In this document: positions 10,590 to 21,307 of the stretch, in pieces | How positions within the stretch are numbered: the stretch's first letter is position 1 | How the letters are laid out: each line of letters begins with the position of its first letter | From: Candidatus Eiseniibacteriota bacterium | GTDB taxonomy: Bacteria > Eisenbacteria > RBG-16-71-46 > CAIMUX01 > VGJL01 | NCBI GenBank assembly: GCA_963792585.1 | Contig: CAWBWI010000006.1 | Location: 96,001 to 160,000, forward strand | Direction of reading: 5' to 3' | Length of the DNA: 64,000 nucleotides | Translations under genes and position numbers: made by a program | Notes under the pieces: model-generated | Database searches by the model: none | Seen by the model: the letters and a program-made list of their open reading frames with translations, nothing else | What the model was told of the DNA's origin: nothing

Positions 10590-11839
10590 GTGGTTAGCAG
10601 ATCTCCGCCCAAACCTTTGGATGAACAAGTGGGGGATTTCCCGTTGGAGAAACCCATCGGGCTCATCGACAGTTTTCCAGAGTTCAGAATTGAGGACATC
10701 TGTAAGAACGACGGGCCCATGGCCAGAATTTGGCCGATTTCATTGGCCTATATGCTCTGGGCCGCAGCGCTGTCTACTGGGCTTTCCAGGGAATGGGCCT
10801 GGCGGAGATGACGCCAGCGTGGTTTCCCTCATTCCACTGTGGGGTTGAGGTCGAAGCTGCGGCTAACGCCGGATTCGATGTGCGGTTCTATCGCGTTCGG
10901 GAAGATCTCCAGGTGGACCAGGACGATTTGGAAAAGAAACTGCGGTCCCGGCCGGGCCCAGTTCTTGTCATCCACTACTTCGGCTTTCCCCAACCTGAGA
11001 TTCACCGCGTGGCGGAGCTGTGCCGTGCAATGGGCGTGGCGCTCGTCGAGGATTGCACCCATGCTCTCTTCTCCAGGGCGGGATCGGTGCCGCTGGGGGA
11101 CTTCGGGCCAATCGCAGTTTTCAGCTTGGCCAAGACCTTAGGGCTTTGTTGCGGCGGAGCCCTGAAGGTTGACATCTCGAAGTTCAGGTCCTGGGTTGGC
11201 CGCGAGTTCACAGCACCGGCCAAGACCCGCCCCGCACCCGAAGTATATCGGATTCTTGTCAAAGACGGTGTTCGGCGTCTTGTCGGACCCAGTACGACTG
11301 ACCTCTACAGACGCATTCGCTATGGTGCCGGCTCCAAGAACAACGGCCAGCCATCGATCGCCGCAAACCAGGAAGATATCGTCTATGAACTGCAAAGACC
11401 CGATTATCGCACTGGTTTGGCCTGGCCTTCGCGTCAGGTCATCAAGAAGGCTTTCCCCAGCCAGATTAGTGAACGTCGTACGGAGAACTACAGCAGGCTT
11501 GCTGGTCATCTTGCCGATGTTCCGGGCATGAGACCTGTCTTCTCCCGTTTACCGGAAGGTACCTGTCCCCTCGTTTTGCCAATTTGGGTCGAAGATCGAG
11601 ACGAACTTGAGAACCAGCTACAGAAGCTGGGAGTCCATTGTTATGTTTTTGGCCTGTGGCGATATCCTCTTCTGTCTGTGGACGCCTACCCCGAAGCACG
11701 TCGGGCAAGGCGGCATATTCTGGGTTTGCCGGTCCACCAGTACCTTAGCCGGAACCACATGGATATTCTGGCAAAAGAGGTTTCCCGCCTACTTCGTGCT
11801 CAGAGCCTTGTAGCGCCGAGTCGTCCCGCGCCCGCCTGA
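10590..11839 (+). CDS. DegT/DnrJ/EryC1/StrS-family PLP aminotransferase (probable indel near the 5' end)
   Basis: ORF 10730-11839 has LVIHYFGFPQ, LVEDCTHAL, FSLAKTL (PLP Lys) and LGLPVHQYL. It lacks a good start. The plausible N-terminus (..IDSFPEFRIEDIC) lies in the 10590-10811 frame, implying a shift near 10700-10730. Confidence 0.75.
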
Positions 11840-12137
11840 GATGGCTCCGCGCATGCAGGTTCACCTTGTTGGTTGATTCTGTGCCGTTTGGTCTGACATG
11901 GAGCGTAGTGATGCTGGTGCCCTCTGAGGACTTGCTGACTGGTTGAATGTGGCGTAGGTTGGCTTACTGCGGTCATGGAAGGGTAGGAACATACGGATGA
12001 ATAGGTCCCGATGCACGGAGGCGCCGCTGGAGAGGCTCACCGCTGGCAGCGACAGTCTGATTGTAGCAGAGCCCTTGCCACCGCATTGGTGGGTAACGAA
12101 CTAGGGCGACGCTCGATGCCGTGCGGAGGTAATACCA

Positions 12138-13274
12138 GTGGGCTTCAAGTTCATTCCATTCGACGATGCACACCGCGAGGCCTGGGACGCCTTTGTCGCT
12201 GTCAACCCACACGCATGGCCGGGCCAGGATACGGCGATCATCGATCTTGAACAAAGCTTCGGGCACGAGTCCTTCTCTCATCTTGCGTATGGCGACGATG
12301 GCAAGTTACTCGCCGTGGCACCGATGTTTCTGCTTGCGCAGCGTCAGGCCCGCTTCTTCCGGTTTCGCATTCTGAGCACCGGTTCTTCGCTTCGTGGAGG
12401 TCCGCTCCTGCGGGCCGACCTCTCCCCCAAGGTTCGTATGCAGTTCCTTGCGGCCTGGGCAGCCTGGATGGACGACCTCGCTCGTCGTGCACGGATCGAT
12501 CTCATCCGAGTGGCCTATCCGCATTTGATTGGCGAGCAGTTAAGTCGGGATTACCATGACTACTTCCCACTAAAGCACTTGGGGTTTGTTGAAGAGTCAC
12601 GTCTCACTCTACTGCTGGACTTGACCGTCACTGGCGAGCTATTTGATCGCCTGACTCCAGCATGCCGGAAGGCAGTCCGCCGCGCCCAAAAAGGTGGCGC
12701 GGAGTTTCAACCCGTCAATGAACGCGAAATCTGGGTCGGTTTCCATGACCTCAACGTCGAGTTTTTCAAGAACAAGGGATCCGAGCCATATTCAAAACAA
12801 TCGCTGGGGATCCTCTGGGACCGTTTTGTTGCTCGGGGGCTAGCCCATGCATTTTGCGTCCGTCATGAAGGGAAAGTCATCTGCGTTACCCTAGCCGTCG
12901 GAACCCAGTACTCTTCGTACGCATGGATTGGATTCTACAGGATTCCAAGACCGGTGGTTGGGGCATCTAACTTGTTGATGTATGAGATCATTGAATTCAT
13001 GCGCAGGAGTGGAAGGCACTATTTCGAGCTCGGTTCGCTGGAATTTGATGACCCATCTCAGCGCGCTATCAGCAGTTTCAAAGAGAGCTTCGGAGGGCGG
13101 CCCCACTATGGGCTGGAAGGAGTGCGTGTGGTGAACGAGCTCAAGCAAGCGTCGGTGAACTGGCTACGGGCGATGTCGATGACGCTCAGACGGAGAGCAC
13201 CAGGGACTGATCATACGAGTTCCACCGCCAATCATGATATCCTGGCTTCTACTGGCACAGTCGAAGTATCCTGA
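12138..13274 (+). CDS. FemAB-like / GNAT-fold acyl- or aminoacyl-transferase
   Basis: WDAFV, RKAVRRAQKGG, SNLLMYEIIEF, FELG..FKESFGG. Confidence 0.82.
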   Translation: MGFKFIPFDDAHREAWDAFVAVNPHAWPGQDTAIIDLEQSFGHESFSHLAYGDDGKLLAVAPMFLLAQRQARFFRFRILSTGSSLRGGPLLRADLSPKVRMQFLAAWAAWMDDLARRARIDLIRVAYPHLIGEQLSRDYHDYFPLKHLGFVEESRLTLLLDLTVTGELFDRLTPACRKAVRRAQKGGAEFQPVNEREIWVGFHDLNVEFFKNKGSEPYSKQSLGILWDRFVARGLAHAFCVRHEGKVICVTLAVGTQYSSYAWIGFYRIPRPVVGASNLLMYEIIEFMRRSGRHYFELGSLEFDDPSQRAISSFKESFGGRPHYGLEGVRVVNELKQASVNWLRAMSMTLRRRAPGTDHTSSTANHDILASTGTVEVS

Positions 13275-13374
13275 ACGGCTTCGCCTAATTCAAGATCATC
13301 AATGGATATGCTAACGCATTCCATGGCTTCAAATCGCGCGATCCCCACAAGGTGATTTTGGCTATCAGCCTCAA

Positions 13375-14338
13375 GTGAATACCGGAAGGAGGCCTCGCCA
13401 TCCTACTAAGGTCCAAATCCATGATCACCAAAACCGTCATGGGCAGCGCCTGAACACCCGCCAGTACAGGAGGCTCATCCACGCGCGAGTGCTCCGACTG
13501 AACTGCCCGACGCCTGGGATTATGCAGATCATTCTTCTATGGCCGGAATTGAACTGGCGGGTTACGGTTCTCTTCTATGCCGGGTTTCTCCACTGGACGA
13601 AGTGGGCTTCCATCATTGCGGTGGCAGAGCAGATGAGGTTGACTTCGGATGAGGCACCCGCCATTCAAGGGCAGGCCATCCCTGGCGGACCTGCTAGACG
13701 GCAGGTCGAGCCCGTCGCGCACCTCTCCCTGGTGGAGACACCCAGCCAGGAGCGTCACGAGTACGGGACAGTCATCATCGATCTCGAAATCGACCGCGTT
13801 CTCCAGATCGGGGACAACCCGAACCAGGGGACAGTCGACGCCCACGGGACGAGTCTGAGTCCAGAGCAGTTCCATCCGCTCCTGGCGATCGCCATGAACA
13901 TGTGCGGGCCTTGCTTCCTTTCTACGCTCGATCACGTACCCGACGCCGAGAATATGACAGCCCTCGACACGTTACACGTCGCCCACCACCTGAATGATCC
14001 GGTCGACATCCTTCTCGCACGGGAGAATCCGGGACTCCTCTCGAAAGGCAAGGCCTGGCTCAAGGGCACGAAGTACACCTGGCTGAAACCCACCGGCCGC
14101 TTTCCCAAGCCCAAGCGCATCGCGTTGGGGCCGTCGCGCGCGGCCGTCCACTCCCGGAACGGAGGCCAGCCATGAATGCAAAGATCCAAGCGGTCAAGTG
14201 TCAAGCATGTGTCTCGCCGCTTCCGCAACCGCGAGCGGTTCAGGAACGCGCTGTACTTCAACGCCGGGGGTCTCGATCTGTACCGGGCACCGCTCCACCA
14301 CCTCCAATGCTTTCGCCCACACCAATCCCGAAAGACGC
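13375..14338 (+). pseudogene. Degenerate ISL3-family transposase remnant
   Basis: Eroded ISL3 motifs HARVLRLNCP, VETPSQERHEYGTV, IAMNM, LDTLHVAHHLNDPVD and LKGTKYTWLK. Frameshifted C-terminus MNAKIQAVK / FRNRERFRNALYFNAGGLDLY. ISL3 end-like CCCACACCAATCCCGAAAGACGC at 14316-14338. Confidence 0.8.
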
Positions 14339-14457
14339 ACTCCCCTTTGGCATTCTGGACATCGCATGTTCGTACAGGACCTACGCAGGCACCCAATCCT
14401 GTTTTGCCAATCCACACATGCGATCACCAGGGTGATGCAACGTTACGAGGAGGCAAC

Positions 14458-15553
14458 GTGAAGGTGCAACTCCAAGTCATCAATACTATCAACGGATTCA
14501 AGGATATCGCTCAAGCATGGGACAACTGCCTTCTCAGCATGTCCGCCCCCTCGATGTTCCTGACATCGCGTTGGTTAATCGCCTGGTGGAATGCCTGGGG
14601 ACACGACCTCAAGATGCACGTCCTGACCCTCAATGACGTCGATGGCATTCTCGCAGGCGCGGCCATTTGCTTTCATGGCACGAAATACTACGGGGTTCCC
14701 ATCAGGGAGTTCAAATTTATAGGCGAGCCGGCAGCAGACAGACAAGAGTTCATCTGCAGACCGCAGAACGAAGACATGCTCAATGAAATCTGGCGCGCTT
14801 TGGAGGCGCAAAGTCAGAATTTCGATATTGTCAGGCTGGAGGAGATCCCCGAGTCATCGAGCACTATTCTCTCTTCGAAAGGGCACTTAGCAAAAGTTGA
14901 AATCGAGCCATCTTCGCAGCTCCCATATTTGAGCAGTGTGCGAAGCTGGGAAGACTTTGAGAGAGGTCTCGCGTACAAGTTCCGATCGGAAATGCGTACA
15001 AGGGAGAAGGTCTTCGACTCCTGGGGAGAATGGTCGTTTGAAATAATCGATGGAAGTAACGTTGCCAAGTACGTCGGCGATATTGAGTGTGTGGAACGGG
15101 AAAGTAGGAAAGCCAGCAGGGGATACGCCCTGCTTTCGGATCCAAGGAATGCTGAGTTCATCAGGAGTCTTGTTACAACCGCCAATGACCTCTTTACCCC
15201 TCTCCTGTCTGTCCTTCGGCTTGAAGACAAGATCATCGGCTATCTGCTCGGCTTCCGATTCCGCCAGAAGTATTATGCCTACAACATGGCGTTCCTTCCT
15301 GAATATGCAAAGGGATCCCCTGGAAAGTGGATCATGCACAACACTATTCGCCATGCAGCGCAGATTGGCCTAGGTGAGTTCGACTTTCTGCGAGGAGCGC
15401 ACTATATTAAAATCTAAATGGCGACCCAAAGAGCGTCGAAACGTGCGACTTGTCATGTTCGGCCGGAGCCGGAAGGCTTGGGTTTTGCGGATAGCAGTTT
15501 TTCATATTAGACCATGGCTAAAGCGTCGTCGCTTCGCAAAGGTGACGCGATGA
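14458..15553 (+). CDS. GNAT-family (CelD/BcsL-like) acetyltransferase, with one homopolymer frameshift near 15410
   Basis: GAGGAGG plus GTG at 14458. WLIAWWNAW, SPGKWIM, EFDFLRG. Removing one A from the run near 15408-15411 gives YIKSKW..FAKVTR*, whose TGA overlaps the next ATG (ATGA 15550-15553). Confidence 0.8.
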
Positions 15554-16713
15554 AGATCGCGGTTCTCTTCTTGGTCGAACACCTTTCTGATGGGGGAAGT
15601 GAAAGGCACATTCACGACCTGGCTAGTCAGATTGATTCTGAGAGATTCGAGCCTCATGTGATCTATTTCCAAGGAGGTCTCATGAGCGAACTCTTGGCCG
15701 ACAATGCTAGGGTCAAATTGCAGCCGCTTCCGCGAATACGGAGAACGGCCAGCTTAGCATTGCTCAAGACGATTCATCTACTAAGGACGTACATCCTGCA
15801 GAACGGGATCCAGGCGGTGATGACATTCCATTTTCTGGCCGACTTGTTGGGCACCAGCGTTGCTCTCGGTCTGCCTGGGCTGACTGTCATCTCCAGCCGC
15901 AGAGACATGGGGATGACGCGGTCGTTTCTTCAGAGGCAGGTCGGAAGGCTCGCAGGTTTCCGCATCGACAGGTACGTCGCCGTTTCCAAAGCGGTCAAAA
16001 TCGCCACGATGCGGCAGGAGGGCGTCGCGGAAAACAAGATTCTGGTTGTTCATAATGGCGCCGATCTTGAAGGGCTACTAAATCGGAAGTGGGATGCGGA
16101 CAGAGAACGGAGGCTTCTGGGCATTGCGGGGGAGGAAACCGTCATCGGTTGCGTCGCCAACTTTAACCCAGTCAAGGGACACCACACCCTAATCGAGGCA
16201 TTTGCGCGGCTGCAGAATCGCCTGCCAGATCACTCCGTCCGCCTGTTGCTCGCTGGCGATGGGCCAGCGCGCGCCACCATTGAAAAGGACATAGAGTCGT
16301 GGGGACTCTCTGCCAAGGTCATCTCTGTTGGGTATAGCTCCGATCCGTCGCGGGAATACCGAATCGCTGATATCATGGTATCAGCCTCCGATACTGAGGG
16401 CTTCTCGAATACTATCGTTGAGGCGATGGCATTTGCCAAACCTATCGTTGCCACGGCGGTGGGTGGTACGCCCGAGGCGATCGAGGACGGGGTCAGCGGC
16501 TTGCTGATTGCCCCACGCGATCCCGCCCGCCTTGCGAAAGCACTAGAACGCCTCATAGTCGACCCAGCACTTTGTCGCAGGCTCGGCGCCCGGGCGGCCC
16601 GGGATGCCAGAGAGAAATTTGGCCGGGGCCAGATGATAACAGCCATCGAGAACCTAATTGTCCTCGCGACGGAGAGCCGAAAATATGATCGGCAAGGGGT
16701 GACTTTGGTCTGA
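15550..16713 (+). CDS. Glycosyltransferase family 4
   Basis: GGSERH, VANFNPVKGH, EGFSNTIVEAMA, VATAVGGTPEAI. Confidence 0.93.
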   Translation: MKIAVLFLVEHLSDGGSERHIHDLASQIDSERFEPHVIYFQGGLMSELLADNARVKLQPLPRIRRTASLALLKTIHLLRTYILQNGIQAVMTFHFLADLLGTSVALGLPGLTVISSRRDMGMTRSFLQRQVGRLAGFRIDRYVAVSKAVKIATMRQEGVAENKILVVHNGADLEGLLNRKWDADRERRLLGIAGEETVIGCVANFNPVKGHHTLIEAFARLQNRLPDHSVRLLLAGDGPARATIEKDIESWGLSAKVISVGYSSDPSREYRIADIMVSASDTEGFSNTIVEAMAFAKPIVATAVGGTPEAIEDGVSGLLIAPRDPARLAKALERLIVDPALCRRLGARAARDAREKFGRGQMITAIENLIVLATESRKYDRQGVTLV

Positions 16714-16785
16714 GGCTGTTCCGGCTTTCTGGAGGCCGATTTCCTCCGTCTTCGGATCGCTCCGAGCCCTCAGCCCCGGCGGCCA

Positions 16786-17023
16786 CGAGAGCCCCGTTTG
16801 GCGGGCGATCCCCCGAATCGAGCCCCCTGGCGGTAGAGAACTTTGACGTCCATCCAAACCTCCTGTCGGATCATTCGTCCCCCTCTGGCCAGGCTCGCTC
16901 CGCACGCCCAGCCAGAAGGGAGATTAGGGGACTAAACGAGACCCCGGCGGAGTCCCCCGATCCCCAACGAGGTGGTCTACTTTTCCGTGTTCACTTTGGA
17001 CCACTCTTGCATGTTCGTTTACA
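16786..17023 (-). mobile_element. IS21-family left end plus truncated istA start, inserted in IS66 tnpC
   Basis: Minus strand begins TGTAAACGAAC and carries repeated AAGAGTGGTCCA / AAAAGTAGACCA boxes. ATG 16874 gives MIRQEVWMDVKVLYRQG, then a shift to SIRGIARQTGLS (IstA HTH), then truncation. Confidence 0.75.
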
Positions 17024-17525
17024 GACCCGGCGCCGTGACCACGGATGCGTTGCACCGCCAGCGGTGCTTCATCCTCTTATGCTTGACCACGATGAATCGC
17101 CGCTCGACGACCGTCACCTCCTCGGCTTCCTCGCACTGGCCGGACATCTCACTCAGGGCTCCCCCGCAGACCGGACAGCTCCGATCCGTCTCGGGAAGCT
17201 CATGGGCCTTCTCGATGATCGGTAGCTCCAGCTGCGGTCTCGGTCCATGGCCGCGACGGGCCGTGAGGGCTTCCGACTCCGCCTCCGGAAACTCGCTCCG
17301 TCGCTTCTCGGAAGAATCGCCCAAAAGGGCTCACTCCCGCCGGGCGAGAAGCTCCTTGAGGAGGTCCAGCTCCGTCTGCGCCTTGGCGGCCTCTGCCCCA
17401 CGAAGACGAGAGAGCTCCCGGGAAAGCTCCTGGATCCGATCGATCAGACGCTGATTCTCGCGGTCCAGTTGCAGCGCAATCTGCCGCAAGACTTCGATGT
17501 CTTGTTCCTGATCGATCCGAATCAT
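17024..17525 (-). pseudogene. tnpC: IS66 transposase TnpC, N-terminal fragment
   Basis: Leucine zipper, then (L)GDSSEKR and zinc finger CPVCGGALSEM. In-frame TGA at 17331 and truncation at the IS21 end. Confidence 0.85.
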
Positions 17526-17537
17526 GTGCGGAGTCTG

Positions 17538-17918
17538 TCATGCTTGTACAAATGATGTAAGACTCTTTTGTACATATACAGGCGGACTCGGTGCAATCCG
17601 ACCGACAGCCGTACTTCCCTCGAGGAAGAGCTGCAGCTCACACATCGTCGATCCCAGAGGACCCGATCCCTTCTCCTGCCACAGACAGGCGAAGCGTCCC
17701 CGCTCGAGCCTCTTGGCATACACGCACAACCCCGTGCCGTCCCAGAACAGGACCTTGGCCCGGTGTCGATCCCGGCTGACGAAGACGAACAGATCCCCGC
17801 CCAATGGATTCCGCTTCAGCACTTCCACGACGAGCGCATAGAGACCATCAAACCCTTTCCGAAGATCTGCCGGGGTCCCATACGCGTAGACGGCGAGCTG
17901 CCGAGTGCTACCAATTAT
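17538..17918 (-). CDS. tnpB: IS66 accessory protein TnpB (Orf2)
   Basis: PADLRKGFDGL, DLFVFVSRDRHRAKVLFWDGTGLCVYAKRLERGRF. The expected ATGA overlap with tnpA reads ATAA, so the start codon is probably mutated. Confidence 0.85.
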   Translation of the reverse strand: MIGSTRQLAVYAYGTPADLRKGFDGLYALVVEVLKRNPLGGDLFVFVSRDRHRAKVLFWDGTGLCVYAKRLERGRFACLWQEKGSGPLGSTMCELQLFLEGSTAVGRIAPSPPVYVQKSLTSFVQA

Positions 17919-18274
17919 GCCAACCGGCGGAGCAGAGAAACCAGTGACTCCAGATCCAACCCCTCGATCCGAATCCCACTGGGCGTCGTGACGGTCACCC
18001 CCACCGCCGATCCCATCACGGGCTGGCGGGAGGTCACGATCTCTACGCGGCGGAACTCCGGATCGTGCGCTCGCCGTAACCAGCGGGTGAGGGTAACGGG
18101 GTTGACCCCGAGATCCCGACAGATCGCCAGGATGGAATCACCTCTCTGCCGGCCTGCCTTGGCGTAAGAGACGGCCTCCTGGTGGAGTTCTCTTGGGTAA
18201 CGAACCCCGCGGCCGGTCTTGCCCCGGAGATGCCGAAGAACCGTCGCCTGAAGTCTGCGTGCTCGATCATCCAT
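17915..18274 (-). CDS. tnpA: IS66 accessory protein TnpA (HTH)
   Basis: RYPRELHQEAV..ICRDLGVNPVTLTRW, VTTPSGIRIEGL. RBS GAGG upstream. Confidence 0.8.
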   Translation of the reverse strand: MDDRARRLQATVLRHLRGKTGRGVRYPRELHQEAVSYAKAGRQRGDSILAICRDLGVNPVTLTRWLRRAHDPEFRRVEIVTSRQPVMGSAVGVTVTTPSGIRIEGLDLESLVSLLRRLA

Positions 18275-18404
18275 CGTCGAACCTCCTCTCAAGGCCCAAC
18301 GATGACGATTCGCCTCATGCTTGACGAGACGGGGCGGGGCAAGCATTTACGTTCGTTCCCTTGGAAGATGCCCTATTGGCCCCTATCCAAAGTGGCCGCC
18401 CCGT

Positions 18405-19175
18405 TCAGGTGTTCAGCCGGGGCCGCACCTGGGTGATCGGTAACATCTTGACGAGCACAATGCTCTCGCCGGACATCGACCGCCTGAATTGGTGTCCATG
18501 GACTGCCTTCTCCAGTGCTTCAGTGCATCCGCTAACGTGGCGGTCGTGTAGTTCGATAACCAGTGCCCCGACCCGATCCATCCAGCTGCCCGAGTGTTCG
18601 AGCACTTCTTTCTCGCTGCCTTCGATGTCGAGCTTTAGGAGGTCAACACCCGGAGCGTCGAATGCAGACAGGATGCTTCCAATGGTAACGGCTCTAATGC
18701 CTCCACCTTCTGAGACGCGAAAGCTCCAGGTATCGGCTGATGGATTACTGATCTTCAGTGTAGTTTCGTGACTCCAGAGGCCCGCATGAATCGCGCTGAT
18801 GTTCGGAAATCTTCTGACGTTCATCTGGAGAGCGCGGAAATTGCCAGTGTCCGGTTCAACCGCGACGATCTTTGCGTCCGGGTACTTGGATGACAAGAAG
18901 ATCGCAGCGAGGCCGATGTGAGCCCCGGCGTCGATAATGAACTTGGGGAACTGAACGCCGATATCGTATTTTCGCATCCCGAACACTTCATCATAAACGG
19001 TAAGGTCCGCAGTTCCCGCTCTCAGATACACATTGCCGCAGACTTTGGTTGGGACGGCGATTGGTAGTCCCAGTAATGCTTTCGGGTATGTGGTCAGACC
19101 GAACGCGGTTCCGAATCGGTCTTTGGCCCAGCTGAGATAACCCCAGTGTGGCAGCCGTCTCATTAGTGTTTTCAT
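18405..19175 (-). CDS. FkbM-family methyltransferase
   Basis: IIDAGAHIG, AVEPDTGNF, LLKLDIEGSE, IELHDR. Confidence 0.92.
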   Translation of the reverse strand: MKTLMRRLPHWGYLSWAKDRFGTAFGLTTYPKALLGLPIAVPTKVCGNVYLRAGTADLTVYDEVFGMRKYDIGVQFPKFIIDAGAHIGLAAIFLSSKYPDAKIVAVEPDTGNFRALQMNVRRFPNISAIHAGLWSHETTLKISNPSADTWSFRVSEGGGIRAVTIGSILSAFDAPGVDLLKLDIEGSEKEVLEHSGSWMDRVGALVIELHDRHVSGCTEALEKAVHGHQFRRSMSGESIVLVKMLPITQVRPRLNT

Positions 19176-20665
19176 GATGTTTCCCTCCGTCCTGCAATGC
19201 GCCTGAGGATCTGGCCAAGCTTACCCCAAGCCACGGATACCTCCTCTTTCGTCAAGACACCAGAACCCAGAAGCAACACCGGATACAGAAGTAGCACACC
19301 GCACTGGATGGCCAGGTTCGGGAACAGCCGATCCTGTGAAAGCACCGCGCCGGTCATATAGAGACAACAAGCAATTGCCACAATCCTCGCCGCGGCGCCA
19401 CACTCAAACACGACCTTGTCAAGGCGACTGGCAAGAACATACACGAAGGCAGAGCGTCCGAAGTATGTTATAAGGGTCGCGGCACCAGCTCCCCATACTC
19501 CATAATGAGGAATCAGTACAAGGTTGAGCACCAGGTTAGCAACACCAACCGAAACATTGAGATAGGCATAATACTTCGTACGCTTTGCGTAGGTGATAGG
19601 AATAGTAAAATGGTAGTAGAACGCATGTACAATGTGAGCCAATGCAATCAGTGGGACGATGTGACACGCGGCCCAGTAGCGCTCCGGCGTCAGAAGCCTC
19701 ACCAGGTAACGAGCTAGCAAGGAGACGGCCAGTGATACGAATGTCAATATTGCTAGGAAGTACGTGAAGACTCGGGCGAAAGCCTGTTCCACATCTTCAT
19801 GGCCATATCTCTCCAAACGTCGAGGCATCCACACTTGAATGAACGGTGCGGTTAGGAGGCTATGCATCATTGATCCAAGCTTATATCCAAGAGAGTATAG
19901 CCCTGCGTCGGCCAAGGATACGTAGGCCTTTACGAAGTACCGATCGGAGGATATAGCAATCTGACTCCCCAAGGTTGACGGTATCAATGGGAGGCCGAAA
20001 CGCATCATCTCCCTGAAGAGGGTCGTATCGAACCCGATGCCAGTGTGCGCCAAGACCAGAATCGATGCGACGACGCCGGTCACCCCGGAGACAACCAAGG
20101 TTGCTGCGAGCATGCCGAGGCTTCCCCACCCAAAGCTGACGATGAAGAGAATGTTCAGTCCTGTGGTCGCGAGGGTCTGGGTGAGGGAGAAGATTAGGAA
20201 CGTCGTGGAGCGGCGGCGAATACGTAGATACGCCCCAATGATGGCCGTCAGGAACTGCCCCACCATGGATAGGAAGAGCAGAGTGAAGTGGATGGAATAG
20301 GCGCTCGAGTCGAGGAGATTCCTTGCAGCGAAGGGACTCAACAGGCACAGCAAACCACACGACGCAAGGCACACCACCCCCATGCCTAGGATGCTGGTGC
20401 TGGTGACGCGGTTGCGCCACTGCGTGTCTTCCCGATCGAAGTAGAAGCGACTCATCGCCTCGGTCACACCCAAGCCGATGAAGATGGAGAGGATGTTTGC
20501 GATGAAGTAAAGGATTTCCAGCGCGCCATAATCGGCGGGACTCAGATACCGCGTGTAAAGTGGCAAGAGGAGGACCGAAACAGCCTGCCCTAGTATAGTC
20601 GCGAGCCCGAACACGGAGCCGTGCCGAAGGACAAGTTTCGACTCAGTTCGCAGACTCTGTCCCAT
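19172..20665 (-). CDS. wzx: Polysaccharide flippase (Wzx / MATE-like)
   Basis: LLLPLYTRYLSPADYG, FGLPLIP, SSDRYFV, GLYSLGYK, LIPHYGVWGAG and many TM helices. Confidence 0.88.
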   Translation of the reverse strand: MGQSLRTESKLVLRHGSVFGLATILGQAVSVLLLPLYTRYLSPADYGALEILYFIANILSIFIGLGVTEAMSRFYFDREDTQWRNRVTSTSILGMGVVCLASCGLLCLLSPFAARNLLDSSAYSIHFTLLFLSMVGQFLTAIIGAYLRIRRRSTTFLIFSLTQTLATTGLNILFIVSFGWGSLGMLAATLVVSGVTGVVASILVLAHTGIGFDTTLFREMMRFGLPLIPSTLGSQIAISSDRYFVKAYVSLADAGLYSLGYKLGSMMHSLLTAPFIQVWMPRRLERYGHEDVEQAFARVFTYFLAILTFVSLAVSLLARYLVRLLTPERYWAACHIVPLIALAHIVHAFYYHFTIPITYAKRTKYYAYLNVSVGVANLVLNLVLIPHYGVWGAGAATLITYFGRSAFVYVLASRLDKVVFECGAAARIVAIACCLYMTGAVLSQDRLFPNLAIQCGVLLLYPVLLLGSGVLTKEEVSVAWGKLGQILRRIAGRRETS

Positions 20666-21307
20666 GGTTTTTGGAGGCAATGGAGATGCGGGAGGCTCCT
20701 CTGATCCAGGGCCTCGGGCCTGCACGCAGGGGGGGCGGCGGCCCGACTGGCCGTTACCTGACTGCTGTCTCTTCCGCAACCACTTCCTCCACCGGGTCCC
20801 TATCCCTCCACGGCCGCACGGGAAAACTTGGGTTGCTCATCCACGTGAGATTTCACGATGGAATCCTGAAGACTGCAAACAATAGTACTCCATGGACACG
20901 GAATCCATGGCCGCGATCTCACTACTACACGCATCATCCGATTGGGCACCCCCTGCCTTTCAGAACCTCGGGCCGGGTGGACAGCGCACGGAACACGCCA
21001 GTTCCTTGTGTCCCGATAACGCAGAATCGGGTTATTGGAAGTCCGTAGTGGCGCTTGCAGGAGGCCGGTGCCATGCACCCTGCCGGAGACTGTCGTGCGC
21101 CCTGCAAGTTCCTGGGCGGAACGGGGCCCTCCGAGGTCACACCACGCGCTCCCACAACTCGCTGCTGCATCGGTAGATCGACTGCTCTAGCCTACCGAGT
21201 CGGCCACCGAATTGGGGAAGGCACGGTTCTGTCAACCAGCGCCCGCAATGGATCACATCGCTTCGCCATCGGGCCGGTGTGGGATGGTTACCCCACTGTC
21301 GCCCCTC

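Larger units (their letters stand above)
17024..18350 (-). mobile_element. Partial IS66-family element (tnpA, tnpB, truncated tnpC)
   Basis: Left end GTAAATGCTTGCCCC at 18350 and three ORFs in IS66 order. Right end missing. Confidence 0.85.

Noticed and set aside
14176..14457. N-terminal extension of ORF 14176-15417
   Set aside because: It is the ISL3 C-terminal remnant. The real GNAT starts at GTG 14458 behind a strong RBS.
20666..21307. Small ORFs or an ncRNA in the wzx/PorV-like divergent gap
   Set aside because: No motif, ops/JUMPStart element or convincing structure seen. Treated as a promoter region.
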